Origin: Candidatus Parvarchaeum acidophilus ARMAN-5
Lineage (GTDB): Archaea; Nanobdellota; Nanobdellia; Parvarchaeales; Parvarchaeaceae
NCBI GenBank assembly: GCA_002412085.1
Contig: GG745546.1
Location: 1,390-65,389 of the forward strand
Direction: 5' to 3'
DNA: 64,000 bases
This document shows positions 39,677 to 49,567 of this stretch, in pieces. The stretch's first letter is position 1. Each line of letters opens with the position of its first letter. The notes beneath the pieces were generated by a model that had not been told where the DNA came from, made no database searches, and was given only the letters and a program-made list of their open reading frames with translations. The position numbers and the translations under genes are program-made.

Positions 39677-40243
39677 GTGAAATCAAAAATTCTAGTAGTA
39701 GGTTTTTCGTCGCTTCCCGGAGGAGGCAAAGATTACATAGCAGACATAATATGCGAAAGGTATGGATTTTCTAAAGTATCTCCTGGAGACATAATAAGAG
39801 AGAAAATGAGCAAGATGAAAAAAGGAAAGATAAGCAGAGAGGACCAGCAAAGACTACAGGCAAGCCTAAGGAAAAGATATGGAAAGGATTACGTTATGGA
39901 ACTTTGCCTAAAGAAAATAAAAAGCATGCATACGGACAAGGCAGCTATCGCAGGTATACGTTTTCCCGCGGATATAAAATTCTTTAAACGTGGAAAAGAT
40001 ATATCTTTCTATAACATATTCGTATACGCACCTACCAGGCTTAGATTTGAAAGGACTCTAGAGAGAAAAAGGATCGATGCGCCGATTTCATACAGGGATT
40101 TTATAAACGGAGACAAAAATGAAAAAAACATATTCCACTTGGACGAAACCGAAAAAATATCGGATTTCAAACTTAATAACGGAGAGAACGATTCTAAAAA
40201 ACTATACGTTAGAATAGACAAGATACTTAAGAAAATAATGTAA
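39677..40243 (+). CDS. P-loop NTPase, predicted nucleotide/nucleoside kinase-like.
   Basis: The N-terminal LVVGFSSLPGGGKDY P-loop-like motif and size (188 aa) resemble small archaeal nucleotide kinases. Specific family unresolved. Confidence 0.4.
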   Translation: MKSKILVVGFSSLPGGGKDYIADIICERYGFSKVSPGDIIREKMSKMKKGKISREDQQRLQASLRKRYGKDYVMELCLKKIKSMHTDKAAIAGIRFPADIKFFKRGKDISFYNIFVYAPTRLRFERTLERKRIDAPISYRDFINGDKNEKNIFHLDETEKISDFKLNNGENDSKKLYVRIDKILKKIM

Positions 40244-40924
40244 TCACTTTTCCGATTTTTCCGCGGCAGTTATATCAAGATAGAATTTTCCATCGTCTGC
40301 TATGACCTTGCTTTCCTTTATCGATATCCTATACTTAAAGTTCGGCCCGTCTAATACCGCCGTCTCCGCTTCTCCGCCTTCGAAAGCGGCATGAAACCTG
40401 TACTTTCTGCTAAGTTCCAGGAGTTCCGGTAAAGTCTCTTCGTTTATTTCTCTGCCTAGCCAGCTCTTGTCCAGCCCTTCTGCAGATACGGATATTATCG
40501 CTATACGAAAACCTTCTTTTACAAGTTCTTTTAGATAATTTTCAACGTCTATATTCCACAGTGGAGTTATTGACTTTAATGACATTTCTTCCAATATCTT
40601 ATTTATTCTGTCATATTGGTATCTGCTGTTTATAGCGCCGCTTACAACTCCTTCTATTCCGTACTTATCCTTTATTTCTTTTATAAAAGTTTTTAGATCC
40701 TTCAGCTCCTCCTCCTTTATTCCCTCCGTTTTATAATATTCTAATGGAACATTCATTGCATCTGCCTGTAAATCAAGCAGTTTTCTGCCGACTGTATGGA
40801 ACATGTATGAATCGTTATTATCTGAGTATATGTTCATAAGACATACCAACTCGTTTTCTTTTGACGCTAAGAAAGCGGAGTATGTAGAATCCTTGCCTCC
40901 TGTGAACAAAGCTGCAATTTTCAT
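40244..40924 (-). CDS. dph6: Diphthine--ammonia ligase (PP-loop ATPase, MJ0570/Dph6 family).
   Basis: MKIAALFTGGKDSTYSAF PP-loop. 226 aa. Confidence 0.7.
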   Translation of the reverse strand: MKIAALFTGGKDSTYSAFLASKENELVCLMNIYSDNNDSYMFHTVGRKLLDLQADAMNVPLEYYKTEGIKEEELKDLKTFIKEIKDKYGIEGVVSGAINSRYQYDRINKILEEMSLKSITPLWNIDVENYLKELVKEGFRIAIISVSAEGLDKSWLGREINEETLPELLELSRKYRFHAAFEGGEAETAVLDGPNFKYRISIKESKVIADDGKFYLDITAAEKSEK

Positions 40925-40963
40925 ATTAGATTAAATATATATTATGAATATTTAACTAATTAT

Positions 40964-41521
40964 ATGGCCAGAAACTTTTTGCTGAGCGACGAAAAATTTA
41001 TTCTAGTGGAAAAGCCGTCCGTGCTGGGACAGAAGGAATTTTGGAGAGGGATTTCCATAATGATCCTATCTGCGGTGATTTTCATACTCCTTTCATTATT
41101 TCTGCCGTCTTACGACTTAACTATTAACGCCGTCCTCTCCTATGTGGGTGTATCTATACCTGTACTGGGAAGCTTACCTGCCATATCTATAACACTTGAA
41201 ATAATAGGCATAGTATATGTGGCTATTTCCGAACTGCAGGTATACTTTATAGAGTATATGATAACCAACTCAAGAGTAATAATCCAAAAAGGCGTAATAG
41301 CAAAAGACACAAACATAATTCTTCCCGCAAAGATAAGCGATGTTTCTGTTGACATAAGTATAATGGACAGGATACTCAAGCTAGGCAAGATCGTTATAAG
41401 ACCAGAGGAGCAGGGCAGGCCAAACATAGTATTAAGAGGTATACACGATCCTTATTCGTTCCAGGGTTCCGTTCTTAAACTTATAGGCAACGTGACTTAC
41501 AGAAATCCTAATGGAAACTGA
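40964..41521 (+). CDS. Membrane protein with a bacterial-type PH domain (bPH_2/DUF304-like).
   Basis: TM hairpin followed by a ...RVIIQKGVIAKDTNIILPAKISDVSVDISIMDRILKLGKIVI pattern. Confidence 0.45.
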   Translation: MARNFLLSDEKFILVEKPSVLGQKEFWRGISIMILSAVIFILLSLFLPSYDLTINAVLSYVGVSIPVLGSLPAISITLEIIGIVYVAISELQVYFIEYMITNSRVIIQKGVIAKDTNIILPAKISDVSVDISIMDRILKLGKIVIRPEEQGRPNIVLRGIHDPYSFQGSVLKLIGNVTYRNPNGN

Positions 41522-42113
41522 AAGGCTGACAAACGCATCGGGATTTTTCATATCTTCTATAACTACGCTGTCTCTTGCTGTAATGCTTTTAAGTTATATA
41601 AGGTCGCAGCTTATCTCTCTTTTTGAATTCTCCTTCATAATAATTATTTTCTTGGCTTCTCTATATCTTAGATACAGAGAATTTCACAAAGTATGGAACA
41701 TTGAATCGAAAAGCTTTGCAAGGATAACTTCTGTAACAACACTTATCCTTGGTGTATTGCTTCTTGCCGTTTTCCTTTATTTTGGAGTAAAGACACAAGA
41801 TGTAACTTTCCCGCTCAGCCACTATTCCCTTAACCCATACTTTATAGTTATGGGAGTAATATGGCTGGTTTATTCGATTATTGAGATATCTACAGTAAAC
41901 AAATTATCGGATAAATACAGTAATTTCAGGTATCTTGCATACTTCAGTTCCGTATTGACGTTGGTTGCTTTGATTACTGTAGGGTACGTTGAACTACTAT
42001 TACCAATCGCTCTTCTGCTTGTTACTGTATCTACCTTTATATCGGGTATAAGAATATACTACCACAGTTACAACGGTGAAAATAGGAAATTCAAGGGAGT
42101 TTACAGGTTATAA
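41511..42113 (+). CDS. Polytopic membrane protein (hypothetical).
   Basis: ORF with ~5 hydrophobic helices. Confidence 0.35.
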   Translation: METERLTNASGFFISSITTLSLAVMLLSYIRSQLISLFEFSFIIIIFLASLYLRYREFHKVWNIESKSFARITSVTTLILGVLLLAVFLYFGVKTQDVTFPLSHYSLNPYFIVMGVIWLVYSIIEISTVNKLSDKYSNFRYLAYFSSVLTLVALITVGYVELLLPIALLLVTVSTFISGIRIYYHSYNGENRKFKGVYRL

Positions 42114-42513
42114 TCTAATCTATCGAATTGTTTACTACACAGATTTTGAGCCTATGTCTGGGATATACTGATAGTATATTATAATTTATAGAAGAAACAA
42201 AAAGAGTTACGGTAATAAAAAATTAAACCTGTTTAAGTATATCTCTTATAAAACTAAAAATCCGGTAAAAGAGAATGACAATGCTATAACAAATAGAATC
42301 AGCTCCTTGACACTTCGATAGAGGATTTTGTAATCTGAGCGTTACAACTATAGGGATTGGAACATCGACTATAAAAATCTTCTACACCGATTTTTCCTCG
42401 GGACTTAAACCCAATACATTGCGCGCATAACCCACAAACGGACATTATAATCCTAAAAATAAACGTATAATTTTTTTGTGTTATAATGAAAATATTTTAA
42501 ACTCTTAGCAGAA

Positions 42514-42596
42514 TGCAGAGAGGGGGATTTGAACCCCCGAAGGCCTGAGCCACTGGCACCTGAAGCCAGCACGTTTGACCGCTTCGCTATCTCTGC
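42514..42596 (-). tRNA. tRNA-Leu (anticodon CAG), type II with long variable arm.
   Basis: Reverse complement gives acceptor GCAGAGA/UCUCUGC, anticodon loop UUCAGGU, variable stem GGC/GCC, T-arm GGGGG-UUCAAAU-CCCCC, discriminator A. Confidence 0.85.
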
Positions 42597-43008
42597 TCTT
42601 TATCTAACTATTAAAATTCCGTTGTTATTAAAAGCATATTGGTGAATATTTTTTATTGCATTGACAAAATAAATTTTACTTGACGCATAAAACTATAATG
42701 AATTTTTAATATGACTATTAAATTTGCTGAAACGACCTTAATTTTTATCTTTTTGAAAGAAAGATTTGCTATATATAAAAATTAAAAAATTATTTATATG
42801 ATGAGTGAATTTTTACATTATGGCAACAAAGAAAAAAGCAGCTAAAAAGAAAGGGAAGAAAAAGTAAGATTTGAGTAAAACTCAAATAATACCGCTATGT
42901 CAACCGTCAAAACGGTTTACACTTCCATTCCTTTTTAAAACAGATTTTATTTTTTTTATTTTTAAATTTTTTTAAAGTTTATATAACATATCTTGTCTTC
43001 TATTAATC

Positions 43009-43563
43009 ATGAATTTAGATGATACGATTTCGAATTATAAAAGTGCTATAGTAGTATTAGGCGGAAGCTGCGACAGATTCAAAAAGAGACTAGAAAAAGG
43101 TATAGAATTACAAAAACAACAGAAAGAAGCGTTGTTGTTGATCGCTGGGCAAAATATACATTCCAATGATGATTTAATGAACATGCTATCTGGCAATGAA
43201 GATTTTATCTACGAAAACCAGTCGATAAACACGCTGGATAACGCTGAAAATGCTTATATGATGTTAAAGGCAATAAACAAAAACCAGATGGATAATTCTC
43301 TATATAATTCGCTGCAGTATAACGGAGGAGTAAGAGATGTATATATCGTAACTGACACACTGCATATGATTAGAGCAAAAAGATATTTCAAACGCACTTT
43401 TGATACTGAATTCGAACTTCATTTTAATTCTATACCAGAAGACCAGAATGACCTGCCAAAAAAGATAATATATGAACTTTCCGGTTATTTGGTCTCTTTC
43501 CTGCCAAGGGATTATATAAATAAGGCAAAACACATAAAAAACAAATATTTTAAACGGATATAG
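43009..43563 (+). CDS. DUF218 (YdcF/ElyC-like) domain protein.
   Basis: AIVVLGGSCDRFKKRLEKGIEL...LLIAGQ pattern. Preceded by a TATA-like element (aaagtttatata) about 25 nt upstream. Confidence 0.45.
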   Translation: MNLDDTISNYKSAIVVLGGSCDRFKKRLEKGIELQKQQKEALLLIAGQNIHSNDDLMNMLSGNEDFIYENQSINTLDNAENAYMMLKAINKNQMDNSLYNSLQYNGGVRDVYIVTDTLHMIRAKRYFKRTFDTEFELHFNSIPEDQNDLPKKIIYELSGYLVSFLPRDYINKAKHIKNKYFKRI

Positions 43564-43796
43564 TTACTGCCGGTAAATTAAGTGTAAATAAATTAGAAAA
43601 GAATATACAAACTATAATTAGAAACTCTTTTTAGAAAATTTAATTGTATAATATATATTGCATGTTTTTTCTGCCATTTTGCTTACTTACTCTAGTGCTA
43701 TTATATGGCTCAAATGTATTTAGTAGGATATACGGCAAGTATAAATAGTATTAAATACAAAATTTAAAAATTAGGATATAATTATGGTGATTTAAA

Positions 43797-45991
43797 ATGC
43801 CAGAAAAAGAATCTTTGACGGATAAAGTTGTGCGATTGATGAACCAGCAGAGTCGCATAAGAAACATAGGTGTAATAGCACACGTAGACCATGGGAAGAC
43901 TACGACATGTGATACTTTACTTGCCGGCTGCGGAATGCTTTCCGAAGAAAAAGCGGGAAAGCAGCTTTATCTTGACTCAGAAAAAGTAGAACAGGAAAGA
44001 CAGATGACAGTCAAATCTTCTAACGTTAATATGGTCTATGAGAGAGAAAGAAAATGACGAATACCTTATCAATCTTATAGATACGCCCGGACACGTAGAT
44101 TTCGGAGGACACGTTACGCGTGCCATAAGAGCTATAGACGGCGCAATAGTCGTTATGGATTCCGTAGAAGGAGTAATGCCACAAACAGAAATGGTTCTTA
44201 AACAGGCATTAAGAGACAAAGTAAAACCTATACTATATATTAACAAGATCGACAGACTTATAACAGAGATGCGTTTTTCCCCTGAAGACATGCAGAAGCA
44301 TTTGGTAAAGCTTATAACTCAGATTAATTCCTTTATAAATGACCTTGCGCCAGAGGATGTAAAAGCCAAATGGCAGGTTTCCGTTCAAGATAACACCGTA
44401 GCTTTCGGTGCATCCAGGGACAACTGGGCCCTTTCATTTAAAAGAATGAAAGCCACGGGACTGTCATTCAAAGACGTATATGAGACTTACACTTCTAACG
44501 ATAAAGAAAAGATAAAAGAACTTTCCAAGAAGACGCCGGTTCACAAAGTATTGCTTGACATGGTTATAGAGCACCTTCCAGATCCCGTAGAAGCACAGAA
44601 GTACAGAATACCTATAGTATGGCATGGCGAAATAGAAAGCGAAATAGGTAAATCGCTTATATCATGTAACCCAGAAGGTCCTTTAATGATTTCAGTAACT
44701 AACATAGAGATAGATCCACAGGCGGGAGAAATAGCCGTAGGTAGGATTTTCTCGGGAAAAATAAGCAGAGGACAGGACGTTTACCTTATCAATAACAAAC
44801 AGATAAACAAAGTACAACAGATATACATCTGGAAAGGTCCGCAGAGATTCCAGGTAGAGAGCGCACTTGCCGGTAATCAGATAGGAATGGCTGGACTTAA
44901 GAACATCATCTCTGGAGAAACGCTATGCGGAGCAGATTTACATGACGTAACTCCATTTGAGCCGATAAAACATTCGCTTCAGCCAGTAGTCGTAAAAGCA
45001 ATAGAACCAAAGAATCCTAAGGATTTGCCGAAGCTTATACAGGCACTTAGAGAACAGGAAATATACGATATAGCACTTAAAGTCTCTATAAACCATGAAA
45101 CCGGAGAAAACCTTATAGCAGGTTTAGGTACATTGCACCTTGAAATAGTCGAAGACAAACTTAGAAGGACATACGGCATAGATATAGTAAGTTCGCAGCC
45201 TATAGTGGTTTACAAGGAAAGCATAGCTGCCAAAGGACCTATAGTCGAAGGTAAATCTCCGAACAAGCACAACCGTTTCTATTTGTATGCGGAGCCGCTT
45301 TCACCAGAGGTAGTAGAAGCCTTAGCCGATGAAAGCATGCCTACGGGTAAGATAAAAGCTTTCACGCAGGAAAACATAGAACTTCTTATAAAAGCTGGTA
45401 TGACAAGAGAGGAAGCAAAGAGTATTTCTGCCATCTATGGAGAGAATATGATAGTGGACAGCACAAGAGGTATAATCCATATAGGTGAAGTAATAGAGAT
45501 GTGCATAGATTCGCTTCAATGAAGTCATGAAAGAAGGACCACAGGCAAGAGAGGAGGTTCGCGGCGTCAAGATAGTACTTACTGATATGATGTTACATGA
45601 AGACGCCATACACCGTGGACCTGCACAGGTTATACCTGCCGTTAGAGATGCAATAAAGGATGCGATGCTTCAGGCAAATCCAATAATACTTGAACCTATA
45701 CAGATATTAAGGGTAGACTTGCCGATGGCAAATCTAAGCAACATAAGTGCGCTTATACAGTCAAAGAGAGGTATTATAGACAATGTAAAGGACGATGGAG
45801 ATAAAGCTGTCATAACGGCCGAGATGCCAGTAGCTTCTACATTCAACTTTACAAATGAACTTAGATCCGGCACGGAAGGAAGAGGTTCGTGGTCGCTTGC
45901 AGGAGAAACCTTCAAGAAACTACCTAGAGACATACAGCCTGTTATAATAAAACAGATAAGAGACAGAAAAGGATTAGAGCCTATGCAGTAA
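43797..45991 (+). CDS. fusA: Elongation factor 2 (aEF-2), split into three ORFs by two +1 frame disruptions (near 44040-44057 and 45505-45527).
   Basis: ORF1 ends ...IAHVDHGKTT...NVNMVYERERK*. ORF2 starts ...EYLINLIDTPGHVDF and runs through domains II-IV. ORF3 begins MKEGPQAREEVRGVKIVLTDMMLHEDAIHRGPAQV and reaches the C-terminus. The three together are co-linear with full-length aEF-2. Confidence 0.85.
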
Positions 45992-46069
45992 ATGCATGTC
46001 TTATTCTTCTATAGTTATAAAGTAATTTATTTGGTTACTGATAAAAAGCCATTTGTATTTGGTATATAA

Positions 46070-47578
46070 CTAATTTGTGGCGTTTACGCTGTAAACCGCT
46101 CTTGCTCCATTGGTGCCGCTAAGATAAAGCGTGTACTGCACTCCCGAAAGCAATTCCAAAGTGACTAGACCTTCTCCAACGTTCATATTACCTAAATATG
46201 TGAGTGTTACACTTCCACCTGGTGAAAGAGCATAACCGAAGTTATTTGGCATTGAGAAGTTACTCTCATTTACAACGTAATTTGCGAAACGAGAATTATT
46301 ATAGGTGAGGTTAAAATCTGAACTGTTTATATCGTTTATACTAACACTGCTTACATTCAATGGAAGATTTGCAAGCCCCTTACCAGAAAAAGGAAGGAAC
46401 ATTGTGCCGTTTGCTGATATTAAGAAGTTTATGGACATGCCATACATTATTTTTCTCATGATGTTTAATCTGTTTTGATTTGCTTTAATGTTATTCATTA
46501 TACTTATTTCTGTGTTATTGAACTGCTGTTGTATCTTTCTGCCTATGTTTCCAAATCCTGCTAAGCCTCCGTGGATATTGCCTCTTAATCCTCCAGATAT
46601 ACTTATATTCATTCCATTGAGTTTGCTGTATAATGACTTATTAAGATTGCCCATGAATTTAGGCAAGCCGGAAATAATATTTGACTGGTTCCTGCTGTAG
46701 TTCAAAAGATACTTTGAAAGATATCCTCTGGAATAGTTGTAAGACTGGGAATAATTGTATTTATTTGAATATTTATGGCTGTTATTGAAAAGATACTGAG
46801 TATGATTAAGGGTAGAGATCAGCATTCCGTTCGACATCTTTAGTCTTAGGTTCTGCAGAATGACCGATTTATTCGAATTATCCTTTACTGTAACTGTAAC
46901 GTCTGTTAAATTTCCTTTCTGACTTAAGATCGCCGAAGTTATAGTTATATTCGCTCTTTCTGCAAACAAGGATCTGTTTATATTGGCAGGGATATGCGAT
47001 ATGCTTCCGATCGTTTTATGTATTATACCGGTAGTTGATACTGCTGTAAGCGATGGAAGCAGTACATACTGCACAGAACCAGCAGTATAAACGGTTATAA
47101 GTGCAGGAGCAAAATCCAGCACTAAATCCGATGAGCTGTTGATTCTATTACTAGCTAAATTGGCAGTGATAATCGAACTGGGTACAGTAACATTATACAA
47201 AGTGCCGTTTATTACCGCCGATGCTGAAACGACATTGAATCCTATTAATTTTACTGATGAATTGACTGGAAGATTGACTTCTGCCAGTACTTTTGAAACA
47301 TTGAACAGTGATAGTAAATCTATATTCCCAGTAGAATTAACGGTTTTTACGCCACCGGATGAATTTGTATAAGTATAAAGCATGCTAAATGAAGAATAAG
47401 TTATTGACAAATTAGTCGTATTCGCAGGTACTTGCGCCGGGTCTGTAAGAGATATTGGAACAGCTGCTAATGAAGTGCTTGTAGTAGTTGTAGTAGTGAC
47501 ATTTCCATGATAAGTAAAAGCCACTATTACTATTATGATAATTAAAACCAATATACCTGCAAGCAGTCCTTTATTCAT
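46070..47578 (-). CDS. Secreted/anchored S/T/N-rich surface protein with class-III-like signal.
   Basis: N-terminus MNKGLLAGILVLIIIIVIVAF (KG|L), a poly-Thr linker, then a sequon-rich domain. Confidence 0.45.
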   Translation of the reverse strand: MNKGLLAGILVLIIIIVIVAFTYHGNVTTTTTTSTSLAAVPISLTDPAQVPANTTNLSITYSSFSMLYTYTNSSGGVKTVNSTGNIDLLSLFNVSKVLAEVNLPVNSSVKLIGFNVVSASAVINGTLYNVTVPSSIITANLASNRINSSSDLVLDFAPALITVYTAGSVQYVLLPSLTAVSTTGIIHKTIGSISHIPANINRSLFAERANITITSAILSQKGNLTDVTVTVKDNSNKSVILQNLRLKMSNGMLISTLNHTQYLFNNSHKYSNKYNYSQSYNYSRGYLSKYLLNYSRNQSNIISGLPKFMGNLNKSLYSKLNGMNISISGGLRGNIHGGLAGFGNIGRKIQQQFNNTEISIMNNIKANQNRLNIMRKIMYGMSINFLISANGTMFLPFSGKGLANLPLNVSSVSINDINSSDFNLTYNNSRFANYVVNESNFSMPNNFGYALSPGGSVTLTYLGNMNVGEGLVTLELLSGVQYTLYLSGTNGARAVYSVNATN

Positions 47579-47698
47579 AAAAATAGTAGTTATCCACAGT
47601 ATTAATAATTTTTTTATTCAAAATTACGAACATGTAAAAGGATAATGCAAAGGGATAGTTATATTGATATATAAAAACAATAAATAATCTTAATTTCT

Positions 47699-48175
47699 TT
47701 GATAACTATGGAATGTCCATTTTGTCAGTCTACGATCCTGAAGAAAGAGAGCTTTTACGAAGATGATTTTTTTAGAGCCATATACAATTTACGCCCTGTA
47801 GTAAAAGGACACTGTCTTGTGATACCTAAAAGACATATAGAGGAGCTTTACCAGTTGAAAGAGAATGAGAGAAAAGACTTCATATATTTTTCAAACAAAG
47901 CCATATTCATAGCCGAAAAATACAGCGAAACTAACGAATTTGATTTCCTTCTTCAAAAAGGAGAGAACGCAGGACAAAGTATAAAACACCTGCATTTTCA
48001 TATCATACCCAGAAAAAAGAACGACATACTTAAAGTTGCAAAAAAAGAGTTTCTGAAGACTTTTCAAAAAGAAGAAAACTCTGACAAAGTAGTATCGGAA
48101 CAAGAAATGACAAAGATAGTTTCTGAGTTAAAATCCATCGCTGAAAAGCACAGACTGCAGATAAACGAGCTATAG
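47699..48175 (+). CDS. HIT-family nucleotide hydrolase.
   Basis: Histidine triad HLHFHII. N-terminal CxxC. Confidence 0.8.
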   Translation: MITMECPFCQSTILKKESFYEDDFFRAIYNLRPVVKGHCLVIPKRHIEELYQLKENERKDFIYFSNKAIFIAEKYSETNEFDFLLQKGENAGQSIKHLHFHIIPRKKNDILKVAKKEFLKTFQKEENSDKVVSEQEMTKIVSELKSIAEKHRLQINEL

Positions 48176-48211
48176 ATTAAGTATTTATACTACTTTATCT
48201 CAGTAAAATTA

Positions 48212-48520
48212 ATGAATAATGAAGCCAAAAGAAAACTTGAAAACTTACTTGGAAACGGATCCGTGAACCTTAGGATAGGTGATAGCGCAGCGGGCGAGAT
48301 ATATAGAATGTACAAAAAAGACGGAAATTATTTCAACAGGGTAAAAAAAGCAATCGATAAGATATGCTATAATCCCAAGCAGGCTGAGAAGCTTAGCGGA
48401 CCGATGAAAGGGTACTGCAGCAAACACGTAGGAAGCAAGGTCATAATATTTAGGTATAGTGATCCAAATAATGTTTACATTGAAAACTTAGATGAACATG
48501 ATTCTGCTTACGGTTTATAG
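48212..48520 (+). CDS. RelE/YoeB/ParE-superfamily toxin-like protein (no adjacent antitoxin ORF detected).
   Basis: The C-terminal NPKQAEKLSGPMKGYCSKHVGSKVIIFRYSDPNNVYIENLDEHDSAY follows the RelE/YoeB pattern (NP..G..L.G....R....R..Y.......v.i....H..Y). Confidence 0.45.
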   Translation: MNNEAKRKLENLLGNGSVNLRIGDSAAGEIYRMYKKDGNYFNRVKKAIDKICYNPKQAEKLSGPMKGYCSKHVGSKVIIFRYSDPNNVYIENLDEHDSAYGL

Positions 48521-48559
48521 ATATAAATAAAAAAAGCATATTCAATAGAAAGACCATGC

Positions 48560-49567
48560 ATGAAAAATTACATAATTATACCGACGTACAAGGAAGCGGA
48601 GAACCTTAAGGATTTGCTTCCGCTACTTGTTAAATATAATGTAATAGTCGTTGATGACCATTCCCTCGATGGAACTGACAGAATCTGCAGAAAATATAAA
48701 AACGTAAGATTGATAACCAGAAAGGATAAAAGGGGGCTTTCTTCTGCGGTTCTTGACGGCATACTTTCGATAAAAGACAGAGACGCAAAAATAGTGGTTA
48801 TGGACGCTGACTTTCAGCACGATCCAGCAAAAATACCAGAGTTCTTAGAGAAACTAAAAAAGTTCGATGTCGTATATGGACATAGAGAAGAAGCTCAAAT
48901 GAGTTTAAGCCGAAATATTATCTCTAAAGTAGCTTCTGTATTGGCAAAGAGCATGATAAACGGTATAAAGGATATGAAAGACCCGATGTCGGGTTACTTT
49001 GCATTTAAAAAAAGCTCTATTGATATTGAAAAGATAAAGCCCATTGGATACAAGATCATGCTAGATGTAATGGCAAGCATGAAAGAAGGCGGCAAAATAG
49101 GAGAGGTAAACTTTAAATTCGGAGACAGAAAAAATGGAAAGTCCAAGCTTACAAACAGAGTAATGTTAGACTTTATCCTGCAGCTAATGGAGCTTAATAA
49201 TTTCAGGTTCTTGAAATTTGCGCTTGTCGGTCTAAGCGGTATAGTGGTAAACGAGTTCTTTGCATTTGTATTCCATACTTTTCTGCCGCTTTACCTTGTT
49301 TTCATAGCATCGGCTGAGATATCCATACTAAGCAATTTTATACTTAACCATAAAATAACCTTTGAAAGTAGAGTGAGCATCAGGCAGGCACTGCCAAGGT
49401 ATAATCTAATTGCCCTTGTCGGTCTCGTGATAAATGTCTCGACGGCTCTATACTTATCGATCTTTGTATATTATTTGTTAGCTAACCTTATAGGAATAAT
49501 AATAGCTTTTGTATTCAATTATATATTGTCTGAGAAATATGCATGGAAGTCTTATGAAAACGACTAA
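48560..49567 (+). CDS. GT2 glycosyltransferase, dolichyl-phosphate mannose/glucose synthase-like, with C-terminal GtrA-like TM domain.
   Basis: IIIPTYKEAENL, VVDDHSLDGT and DADFQHDP motifs. Four C-terminal TM helices. Confidence 0.8.
   Translation: MKNYIIIPTYKEAENLKDLLPLLVKYNVIVVDDHSLDGTDRICRKYKNVRLITRKDKRGLSSAVLDGILSIKDRDAKIVVMDADFQHDPAKIPEFLEKLKKFDVVYGHREEAQMSLSRNIISKVASVLAKSMINGIKDMKDPMSGYFAFKKSSIDIEKIKPIGYKIMLDVMASMKEGGKIGEVNFKFGDRKNGKSKLTNRVMLDFILQLMELNNFRFLKFALVGLSGIVVNEFFAFVFHTFLPLYLVFIASAEISILSNFILNHKITFESRVSIRQALPRYNLIALVGLVINVSTALYLSIFVYYLLANLIGIIIAFVFNYILSEKYAWKSYEND

Noticed and set aside
38577-39729. Possible single frameshifted gene formed by minus-strand ORFs 38577..39104 and 39094..39729 (11-nt overlap, different frames).
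   Set aside because: Neither half has recognisable homology, so co-linearity with a full-length protein cannot be shown. They are treated as two overlapping genes.
44040-44060. Possibility that the first aEF-2 break is a programmed +1 frameshift at the AAA-UGA stop (Euplotes-like).
   Set aside because: The kae1 break and the second aEF-2 break must occur upstream of their stop codons. A uniform homopolymer indel explanation therefore fits all sites better than stop-codon recoding.
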